Positions 7,242 to 13,997 of a stretch of DNA of 32,000 bases are shown here, in pieces; the stretch's first letter is position 1, and each line of letters starts with the position of its first letter. The notes beneath the pieces are model-generated. The model worked only from the letters and a program-made list of their open reading frames with translations, made no database searches and had not been told where the DNA came from. The stretch comes from Ktedonobacterales bacterium (lineage in GTDB: Bacteria > Chloroflexota > Ktedonobacteria > Ktedonobacterales > JADMIN01), in the NCBI GenBank assembly GCA_030167145.1, contig CP126532.1, forward strand, positions 1,320,001-1,352,000. Direction: 5' to 3'. Both the position numbers and the translations under genes were made by a program.

Positions 7242-7529
7242 ATGTCCGGTGGCCCATTGCATGTGATCGTCTTCCTGTTCTTCGGTGCGCTGGTGCTTGC
7301 TCTGATTGTACGGATGATCTTGGGCTGGCTGCCGCTGCCGCAAGGGAATGCGGTAACGCGCTTCTTCACGAATTTGACCGATCCAGTGCTGATGCCGGTG
7401 GCGCGGCGTATTCCGCGCGGATCCGTTGGCTTTCTGGACCTGAGCTACACGATTGCATTCATCTTCACGTGGTGGGTGATCGTGACGCTGCAATTCCTGA
7501 CGCTCAGCGCGTTGCCGCCCGGATGGTGA
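7242..7529 (+). CDS. yggT: YggT/YlmG family membrane protein
   Basis: 95 aa with two TM segments and the family pattern IVRMILGWLP....N....F....TDPVL.P.RR.IP..G..DLS. GAAAGGAG SD upstream. Confidence 0.85.
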   Translation: MSGGPLHVIVFLFFGALVLALIVRMILGWLPLPQGNAVTRFFTNLTDPVLMPVARRIPRGSVGFLDLSYTIAFIFTWWVIVTLQFLTLSALPPGW

Positions 7530-7530
7530 G

Positions 7531-7962
7531 ATGAAACGGACGGACCTAACCCCCGGCCCCTTCCCTCCTCGGAACGACTCGGAGGGGCTGCGCTCCGCTT
7601 GCCCTACGAGGGAAGGGAAGAAGAACGCGCGGCGTGCGGCCCCGGCGCGGGAAGGGGAGCGCGGGGATGGTAACACGACCACTGCGCTGCGCGAGCGCGA
7701 TGGCACATTGTATATTGCGCTGCGAGTGACGCCGCGCGCTGGGCGTGAGTCGCTGGCACTGGCAGAGGATGCGCTGTGCGTGCGGGTGGCGGCGGCGCCG
7801 GTGGCAGGGGCGGCGAATGATGCGGTGATCGCGTTGCTGGCGAAGCGGCTGCGGCTGCCCAAACAGGCCGTGACGCTGGTGCGTGGGGCGAGCGGACGCC
7901 AAAAGCTAGTGGCCATCGCCGGGCTGAGCGCCGCCGAGTTCCGCGCCCGCATGGGGCTATAG
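7531..7962 (+). CDS. yggU: DUF167/YggU family protein (start uncertain; the N-terminal 30-60 codons overlap a repeat element)
   Basis: The C-terminal ~85 aa (LYIALRVTPRAGRESLA....LCVRVAAAPVAGAANDAVIALLAKRLRLPKQAVTLVRGASGRQKLVAI.G) match the YggU pattern. ATG 7531 lies 1 nt after the yggT stop, but codons 5-32 are the family A repeat. TTG 7708 is an alternative start. Confidence 0.7.
   Translation: MKRTDLTPGPFPPRNDSEGLRSACPTREGKKNARRAAPAREGERGDGNTTTALRERDGTLYIALRVTPRAGRESLALAEDALCVRVAAAPVAGAANDAVIALLAKRLRLPKQAVTLVRGASGRQKLVAIAGLSAAEFRARMGL
7544..7626 (+). repeat. Structured repeat, family A, copy 2
   Basis: acctaacccccggccccttccctcctcggaacgactcggaggggctgcgctccgcttgccctacgagggaagggaagaagaac. 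Outer stem is 7559-7571 / 7607-7617; inner stem is cggag..ctccg. Same strand and same position (just after a stop codon) as copy 1. Confidence 0.85.
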
Positions 7963-7974
7963 AATCTACGCTGG

Positions 7975-8065
7975 CAGATAGAAATGCACGCCGACAGACA
8001 GGAATGCACGCCGACAGACAGAGCCGACAGATAGAAATGCACGCCGACAGACAAGAATGTCTGTC
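7975..8065 (+). repeat. Three tandem imperfect copies of (aga)aatgcacgccgacagaca, ending in family B hairpin GACAGACA-agaa-TGTCTGTC
   Basis: Copies end at 8000, 8020 and 8053. The hairpin is at 8046-8065. The array lies between the yggU stop (7962) and the FMN-reductase start (8121). Confidence 0.9.
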
Positions 8066-8120
8066 CTACCGGTGGGGCGGACCTTCCCGTCTGCCCGCAG
8101 TCGCAGTGGAAGGAGTGCTC

Positions 8121-8687
8121 ATGGCGGATGACATGATGCGTGTGCTGGGCATCTCTGGCAGCCTGCGCGAGGGTTCGTATAACACGGCGTTGCTGCGCGC
8201 CGCCGGGGAGATGCTGCCAGCGGGCATGACGCTCGACATCGTCACGGTCGGCGATTTGCCGCTCTTCAACCAGGATTTGCTGATGCCGGAGCCGCCGGAG
8301 CCGGTGCGCCGCTTCAAGGCGCGAGTGGCCGCCGCCGACGCGCTGCTCTTTGCCGCTCCCGAATACAATTACTCGATCAGTGGGGTGCTAAAGAACGCGA
8401 TTGATTGGGGGTCGCGTCCGCTGGCGCAGAATGTGTTTGATGGCAAGCCCGCCGCGTTGATGGGCGCGACCACGGGCCTGATGGGGACGGCGCGCGTCCA
8501 GTTGCACCTGCGGCAGATCGGCGTGTTCGTGAACCTGCTGATTCTGAACCAGCCACAGGTGTTGATTGCGCGGGCGGCGGAGAAATTCGATGACGCGGGC
8601 CGCTTGACCGACGAGCCGACTCGCGAGCACGTGCGCAAGTTGCTGGTGGCGCTGGATGCCTGGGTGCGGCGGCTGAACCCGCGCTAG
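8121..8687 (+). CDS. NAD(P)H-dependent FMN reductase (ChrR/YieF/SsuE-like flavodoxin-fold)
   Basis: Track ORF 8004..8687. ATG 8121 follows GGAAGGAG. Motifs seen: MRVLGISGSLR.GSYN, LLFAAPEYNYSISGVLKNAIDW.SR. Confidence 0.85.
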   Translation: MADDMMRVLGISGSLREGSYNTALLRAAGEMLPAGMTLDIVTVGDLPLFNQDLLMPEPPEPVRRFKARVAAADALLFAAPEYNYSISGVLKNAIDWGSRPLAQNVFDGKPAALMGATTGLMGTARVQLHLRQIGVFVNLLILNQPQVLIARAAEKFDDAGRLTDEPTREHVRKLLVALDAWVRRLNPR

Positions 8688-8725
8688 ATGTAGATGAGCA
8701 GGCACGAGAAGGAAGGTTTGGACAG

Positions 8726-9865
8726 ATGCGTACCACACATACGATGGTGTTGCCGCCACGGCTGGCCCTCGCCGCATCCACGGTCTACGCCGTCCAGGGC
8801 AGTATCTTCGCGCTCAACGCCGCCAGTGGCGCACACCTTCGGCGCTACGACGCTCAGACCATTGATGCGCCCGCTGTGGATGCGGATACCCTCTACTGCA
8901 CCGGTCCAACAATGTCTGGCACAGTGCTGGTGGCGATGCAGATCAGCGATGGTGCGACACGCTGGCGTTTTCCCGACGAGCATCGCATGTATACCGTGCC
9001 TATGCTTGCCGGCGGACTCGTCTACACGACCACTGTTGAGGGCATGATGTACGCATTGCAGACCAGCGACGGCGTAGAGATGTGGGCGTTCGAGGCGGGA
9101 CAGATCATCACCGCATCGCCTACCGTCGCGGATGGCCTCATCTATGTCGCGCCCGCCGTCAATGCCCCGGAACAGCCATACGTCTATGTGCTCGATGCGA
9201 GCACGGGGATATTGCTCTGGAGCGCGCCGGTCCCCGATTCTACGGCGCATCGGCTCACGGTGCATGCTGGCGTGCTCTATATCTCCACCCACCGGGGCTG
9301 CGCCGCGCTCAGCGCAACGACTGGCGCGCTGCTCTGGAGTCGCGATCTGCCGCCGTGGGGGCCATGCTCCGCGCCAGTGGCGATTGGCGATACTGTATGC
9401 CTATCTACCCGCACCATGCCCCGGCCTGTCCGGCGAGAAGATGGCACGATTGAACACGCGCCCGGCGGGGGACAGGTGGTGGCGCTGCGCGCGAGCGACG
9501 GCGCGCACCTCTGGCAGCGCGACCTCGACGGCGCGCACAGCCCCACTGAACTGGCGGCGTTCGATGACGTGCTCTACGTTGGTAGTGACGCCGCCTCATT
9601 CGACGCTGCTGGCAACGCCTCAGTCTATGCGCTGCGCAGCCAGGATGGGGCGATCATCTGGCAGGCTACCACCGCAGGCGAACGCCTTGCTACGCCCGTC
9701 GCTACGAGTGACGCCGTCTACGTGGGCGCAAGCGATGGCTGTGTCTATGCTTTACGCGCCAATGATGGCACGCGCCTGTGGCAGACGTTCACCAGTACCG
9801 CCGTGAGCGTGGCGATGGCAATCTCAGGCGAGTTGACGATTTCTGGTGACAAGCCCTCCGCGTAG
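8726..9865 (+). CDS. PQQ-like (BamB/YVTN-type) beta-propeller repeat protein, no obvious signal peptide
   Basis: Repeated blades of the form G.(V/L)Y(V/I)....G.(V/L)YAL....G...W (for example MYALQTSDGVEMW, VYALRSQDGAIIWQ, VYALRANDGTRLWQ). GAAGGAAGG SD; 38-nt gap after the FMN reductase gene. Confidence 0.75.
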   Translation: MRTTHTMVLPPRLALAASTVYAVQGSIFALNAASGAHLRRYDAQTIDAPAVDADTLYCTGPTMSGTVLVAMQISDGATRWRFPDEHRMYTVPMLAGGLVYTTTVEGMMYALQTSDGVEMWAFEAGQIITASPTVADGLIYVAPAVNAPEQPYVYVLDASTGILLWSAPVPDSTAHRLTVHAGVLYISTHRGCAALSATTGALLWSRDLPPWGPCSAPVAIGDTVCLSTRTMPRPVRREDGTIEHAPGGGQVVALRASDGAHLWQRDLDGAHSPTELAAFDDVLYVGSDAASFDAAGNASVYALRSQDGAIIWQATTAGERLATPVATSDAVYVGASDGCVYALRANDGTRLWQTFTSTAVSVAMAISGELTISGDKPSA

Positions 9866-9938
9866 ACCTCGTAGCGGCATCCGGCAGGCGCTAGCCCGTG
9901 GTGAGGTCGCGGCGACAACCACCCGCCAATATTCCTGG

Positions 9939-9967
9939 TTGTGCGGCGTACTGGCCCATGCTATACT
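9939..9967 (+). promoter_or_regulatory. Promoter TTGTGC-N17-(TGc)TATACT of the four-gene complex-I-like operon
   Basis: -35 at 9939-9944; extended -10 TGCTATACT ends at 9967. It lies in the 110-bp gap after the propeller gene. Confidence 0.5.
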
Positions 9968-9975
9968 CGCCGTAA

Positions 9976-11151
9976 GTGTCCGCGAGCCAGCGCCCACGCA
10001 CGCTGGCCGCCGCGCGTGACGCATGCGATTACGCATCCCGCCTCCAATCCACTGGAAGGAGCGTTCCTACGAGCACCGTCCTCTTCCCGCTGGGGCCGTT
10101 TTCTCCGGCCCTCACCCAGCCGCTTGGGCTGACACTGCGCCTGCGCGGCGAAACCGTCGCCGGCATCGAGCCGGTCATCACGGGCTATTGCCACCGCGGC
10201 GTCTGCGAGTTGGCCGGGGGCGAACCCCTCGAAGACGCGCTGGCCATCGTCGAACGCGCCTGCTCGCTGGCTCATGAATCACATCGCATCGCCGTCTGCA
10301 TGGCCGTCGAAAAGGCCACCGGCGGCAAAGTCGCCAAGCCTGCCGCGCAGACCCGCGTCCTCTTCGCCGAAATCGAACGCATCCATGCGCGTTTCTGGAC
10401 GCTGGCCCACGTCGCCCGCGCCTTTGGCCTGAATGGCCCGATGCAGGACGCTCTAGAACAGCGCGAGAGCCTCTTCGACGCGCTGAAAACGGCCACCGGC
10501 CAGCGCCACTATTGGGGCGTCTCCGTCCCTGGTGGGGTGCGTGGCGGGATGGACCTCGAACCGCTGAGCGCCGCGCTCGCCACGCTCGAACCCGCGCTCG
10601 CGATCTGGCGTCGCATCGTGGGGCCGCAGGGCGCGCTGGGCCGCGCTGGCAAGGGCGTCGGCGTCATCGCGGCTGAGCGCGCCGAAGACCTGGGCCTCAC
10701 CGGCCTGGCCGCACGTGGCTCGCGCGCCGTTGCCGACCTGCGCTTCACCCAGAAATATGGCGCATACGCTGATCTGAGCCGCAAAGACACTGAGCGGAAA
10801 ATTGACCAAAGTGGCGACATCGCCGCGCGACTCGTCTGTGCTGTTGAGGATATTGCAGTCAGCCTCACGCTCGCCCAAACCTGTGCCAGCGCGCTTGCCA
10901 CGTCGAGCGCCACAGCCGCCGGAATCACCCCGGCGGGCAGCCTATCGGGCAGCGCCAGGGTGGAGGGTCCTCACGGGCCAATCGAGGCCACGGTCACCCT
11001 TGCGGGCGGCACACTCGCCTCGCTAGAGCTACACGAGCCAGGGGCCGAAAATCTGGCCGCCCTGCCGGAGCTACTGGAAGGGCAATCGCTCGCGCAGGTT
11101 CCGGCGCTGCTGGCCAGCCTGGACCTCTGTGTCGAGTGCCGCGATCTCTAA
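9976..11151 (+). CDS. NuoD/EchE/HycE-like large subunit (group-4 [NiFe]-hydrogenase / complex I 49-kDa family), metal site partly degenerate
   Basis: LGPFSPALTQPLGLTLRLRGETVAGIEPVITGYCHRGVCEL aligns with GPQHPALKEP...GE.V......GY.HRG.EK. An L1-like motif ERACSLAHESH (nt 10261-10284) replaces R.CG.C...H. The L2-like C-terminus DLCVECRDL-stop (11122-11151) corresponds to DPC..C..R/H. The only canonical in-frame start is GTG 9976. Confidence 0.8.
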   Translation: MSASQRPRTLAAARDACDYASRLQSTGRSVPTSTVLFPLGPFSPALTQPLGLTLRLRGETVAGIEPVITGYCHRGVCELAGGEPLEDALAIVERACSLAHESHRIAVCMAVEKATGGKVAKPAAQTRVLFAEIERIHARFWTLAHVARAFGLNGPMQDALEQRESLFDALKTATGQRHYWGVSVPGGVRGGMDLEPLSAALATLEPALAIWRRIVGPQGALGRAGKGVGVIAAERAEDLGLTGLAARGSRAVADLRFTQKYGAYADLSRKDTERKIDQSGDIAARLVCAVEDIAVSLTLAQTCASALATSSATAAGITPAGSLSGSARVEGPHGPIEATVTLAGGTLASLELHEPGAENLAALPELLEGQSLAQVPALLASLDLCVECRDL

Positions 11152-11169
11152 CGGAAAGGAAGGGCGGTT

Positions 11170-13509
11170 GTGCCACTTTCGACATACATGGAGCTATTGA
11201 CGCTGGCGCCCGGCGTCTTCGCTCTGCTGATCCTGATCGCGGGGCTGCTGAAAAAGCCACTCGCGCCGCTGACGCTGGGGCTGGCCGCACTTGGCGCGCT
11301 CGTGCCGGTAGTCTGCCTGTTGTTGATCGTCTCGGCGCTACATGGGACGACCGTGCCGCTGTGGTTCACGCTCTTTGGCGGCTCGATCAGCGAAACGGCG
11401 TGGTTCTCGGCAGCCTACCGCATTGATCCGCTGGGCATCTACGCTGCCTTTGGCATTACGTGCATCGTTGCGCCGCTGCTGATCTGGATGGCCTGGCAGC
11501 GCGGCAATGAGGTCATCGCCAGCGGCACGGCAGTGGACGCGGAGAGCGATCAGGAGGGCAATCAGGAGAGCGGTGAGGCAGCGACGCAGCCGTTCACACG
11601 GCGGAGCGTCTCGCCCGCCATCTGGGGCGGCCTCGCCCTTGCGCTCGGTGTCGAATCCGCCGCGCTGACGCTGGTCTTCAGCGATAACGCGCTGTGGCTG
11701 GCGCTTTCATGGGTACTGCTCGCCATCATGGGGTGGGGCCTGGGCGAAGTCGGCAGCGACCCCGACACCCTGGATAAGCCAGGGCTGGCGCTGATGGTCG
11801 CTGGGCCACTGCTCTGGGCGCTCTTCTTCCTCTTTCCGGCGTTTGGCGCGCATACCGCGCAGACGGTCTATCCGCGCTTTACGGATATGATGGGCCGTGG
11901 CGGCGTCAGCCCGCTGCAAGCGCTGGCGCTGGCTGTGGCGCTGGCGCTGGCGGGCGGCGCGTATCCGTTCCTGGCGTGGGTGCGCGCCCGCGCGGCGCTG
12001 ATTACGCCCGCTGGCCTTACCGCGCTGGCGCTGGTTGTGCTGCCAGCGGCGATTTTTGTGGGCGCGCGCACCTACAGCGCCGCACAGAACGCGGCGAGCG
12101 CCTGGCAGCAGATCGGGCAGGCGCGGCCACCCGTCACCGGCGGTGTCTTTTTCGCGCTGCTCGGTGCGCTCACCGTCGGCATCTGCGGGCTGCTGGCGCT
12201 CGAACGCCGTGACGGACGCGCGCTGATCGCCTTCCTTGCCGCGTCGCAGGTTGGCTGGGGCTTGCTGGCGATTGGCATCGGCGTGCCTGAAAGCGCGGTC
12301 GGTCTGGTCGCGCTGCTGGGAACCACGGTGTTGGGCCTGGGGGCGATGCTCGCCGCGCAGTATGCCGGCGACACCCTCACCAGCGACATCGAACCCGATG
12401 CCGCCGGGCCACGCCCATTCGGCGCACCGGTGCATCCAGTGCGCCTGGCCGCGTGGATCGCCGGCGCGCTGGCGCTGGTTGGCGCGCCGCTCTGCGCGGG
12501 CTTCGTGCCGCGCCAACTGACGATGGCAGGCGCGATCCATGCGCAGGGTCTGACCATTCCGCTCAGCGGCCTGGCCTGGGCTGGCGATGCTTTGCTGTTC
12601 CTGGCTTTGCTGCGCGCCGTCGCTCCCGCCTTCACCCAGTTCTTCCCCGCCCGCGCCGCCGCGCTGGCCGCGAGTGAGGCCGCCGATGACGAGTCCGCCG
12701 ATGGAGTGGAGGTAGCGGAAGACGCGGGCCAATCAATCGAGGATAAGCGCACCACGTCGCGCGGGCGCGGTGTTTCTTTCACCGTGCGCGATGTGCCTGC
12801 CGCGCTGCTGGGCCTGCTGGTGGTGGTGGTTTCGGTCGCCCCGCAGGCGCTGCTGACGGTGGGCGCGCTCCCCGGCGCGACGGCCCTGCTCCAGGCGAGC
12901 GACGCCGCTATTGCCGCCAATGTCAGCGCGTTGCAATATACGGCTGGCCCCGCGCAGGTTGTCGCCTCCATCGCCTGGATCGCCGCCGCCGTCTTCTTCG
13001 TGCTGCGGGTCTTCCTGATGCCCAGCGGCGACCGCGAAAGCCAGCCGGTCTATCTAGCGGGCCGATCTGGCGCCGATCTGGCGACAGCCGATGGCGACGT
13101 GGCAGTCGAGCTAGCTGGCCTGCCCGCCCCCAGAGATACCTGGCAAGACCTCAAGCCCACCTTTGATTCCGCATGGACGCTCCCCGGCGCTGAGTGGTTG
13201 ATGAATGGCATGGAAGATGAAGCCGAAACCGACGATGAGCTAGAAGGCGCGGAAGACGAAGACATCGGGGCAGAGGATGAAGCGGAGGTAGCGGAGCGCG
13301 ACGCGGACGCGCCAGAAGCTGTGTCAGAAGCAGCGCCCGTTGCGGAAGAGACGGGGGAGAAGGCGGAGGAAGTGCGGGAAGAACCGACCCCACCCACCAG
13401 CGCGGCCCCACCCCCGGAGGCGAAACGCAGCGTGCCTACCGCCGCATCGAGGCAAAGCAGCAGCGCAAAGAATACCCAGAAGCGCGGCAAGACGGGAGGC
13501 CGAGCATGA
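11170..13509 (+). CDS. NuoL/M/N / EchA / Mrp-antiporter-like polytopic membrane subunit with a long acidic C-terminal tail
   Basis: GTG 11170 follows GGAAAGGAAGGG. It has more than 14 hydrophobic segments. PF00361-like blocks seen: YRIDPLGIY, LWLALSWVLLAIMGWGLG, AGGAYPFLAWVRARAALITPAGLTAL, LIAFLAASQVGWGLLAIGIG, ALVGAPLCAGFVPRQL. The tail from ~13200 is EDEAETDDELEGAEDEDIGAEDEAEVAERDADAPE... Confidence 0.7.
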   Translation: MPLSTYMELLTLAPGVFALLILIAGLLKKPLAPLTLGLAALGALVPVVCLLLIVSALHGTTVPLWFTLFGGSISETAWFSAAYRIDPLGIYAAFGITCIVAPLLIWMAWQRGNEVIASGTAVDAESDQEGNQESGEAATQPFTRRSVSPAIWGGLALALGVESAALTLVFSDNALWLALSWVLLAIMGWGLGEVGSDPDTLDKPGLALMVAGPLLWALFFLFPAFGAHTAQTVYPRFTDMMGRGGVSPLQALALAVALALAGGAYPFLAWVRARAALITPAGLTALALVVLPAAIFVGARTYSAAQNAASAWQQIGQARPPVTGGVFFALLGALTVGICGLLALERRDGRALIAFLAASQVGWGLLAIGIGVPESAVGLVALLGTTVLGLGAMLAAQYAGDTLTSDIEPDAAGPRPFGAPVHPVRLAAWIAGALALVGAPLCAGFVPRQLTMAGAIHAQGLTIPLSGLAWAGDALLFLALLRAVAPAFTQFFPARAAALAASEAADDESADGVEVAEDAGQSIEDKRTTSRGRGVSFTVRDVPAALLGLLVVVVSVAPQALLTVGALPGATALLQASDAAIAANVSALQYTAGPAQVVASIAWIAAAVFFVLRVFLMPSGDRESQPVYLAGRSGADLATADGDVAVELAGLPAPRDTWQDLKPTFDSAWTLPGAEWLMNGMEDEAETDDELEGAEDEDIGAEDEAEVAERDADAPEAVSEAAPVAEETGEKAEEVREEPTPPTSAAPPPEAKRSVPTAASRQSSSAKNTQKRGKTGGRA

Positions 13510-13997
13510 GCACATCACCAACACGCCGCCGCACATCCGTTTGGGTGCTGCCGCTGGCGGCGGGCGGTTGTGGCGCCTGCACGCAAAGCATCTACGCGCT
13601 TCAGGCCACGGGCTACGCCGCCGCGCTCAAAGCCGACGGCATTAGCTTCGCGAGCAGTCCGCGCCATGCCGACATCATCCTGCTGAATGGCCCGCTCACC
13701 GAGCAGGCGCATGAAGCGATCCAGCAGGCGCTGGACGCCGTGCCCCTGCCGCGTGCGCTGGTCGCCGTCGGCAATTGCGCGATTGACGGCTGTGTCTTCG
13801 CGGGCGGCGCGGGCATCATCGCCAATGCCGCCGAAACGCTCAACGTCAACATTGATATTCCCGGCTGTCCGCCCGCGCCTGACGCCATTCTGGCCGCGAT
13901 TGGCGAGGCCGCGAATCTGCTGAGCGGCGCGCATGATAGTATCAGCGATACCAGCGACACGGACGATGCGGACGATGCGGGGGAGGACGAGGCATGA
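13506..13997 (+). CDS. NuoB/EchC/HycG-like small subunit (20-kDa [4Fe-4S] subunit family)
   Basis: ATGA overlap with the upstream stop. Motifs seen: LAAGGCGAC (CxxC), SPRHADIILLNGP, VAVGNCAIDG, IPGCPPAPD. Acidic C-terminal tail SDTSDTDDADDAGEDEA. Confidence 0.85.
   Translation: MSTSPTRRRTSVWVLPLAAGGCGACTQSIYALQATGYAAALKADGISFASSPRHADIILLNGPLTEQAHEAIQQALDAVPLPRALVAVGNCAIDGCVFAGGAGIIANAAETLNVNIDIPGCPPAPDAILAAIGEAANLLSGAHDSISDTSDTDDADDAGEDEA

Noticed and set aside
6816-8054. 412-aa minus-strand ORF spanning the HxxEH gene, yggT and yggU
   Set aside because: It is antisense to three plus-strand genes with SDs and family motifs. Its Ser/Arg/Ala-rich composition marks it as a high-GC artefact.
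10023-10277. 84-aa ATG-initiated ORF in an alternative frame at the 5' end of the NuoD-like gene, considered as a possible frameshift source of a proper start
   Set aside because: Its product (MRLRIPPPIHWKERSYEH...) has no similarity to large-subunit N-termini. The conserved GPxxPAL...GYxHRG block is entirely in the 9976 frame, and nothing suggests a slippery site.
11707-12971. 341-aa and 299-aa minus-strand ORFs inside the antiporter-like gene
   Set aside because: They are antisense to a long hydrophobic multi-TM reading frame with PF00361-like blocks. The compositions are Arg/Gln/Ala-rich and non-protein-like.
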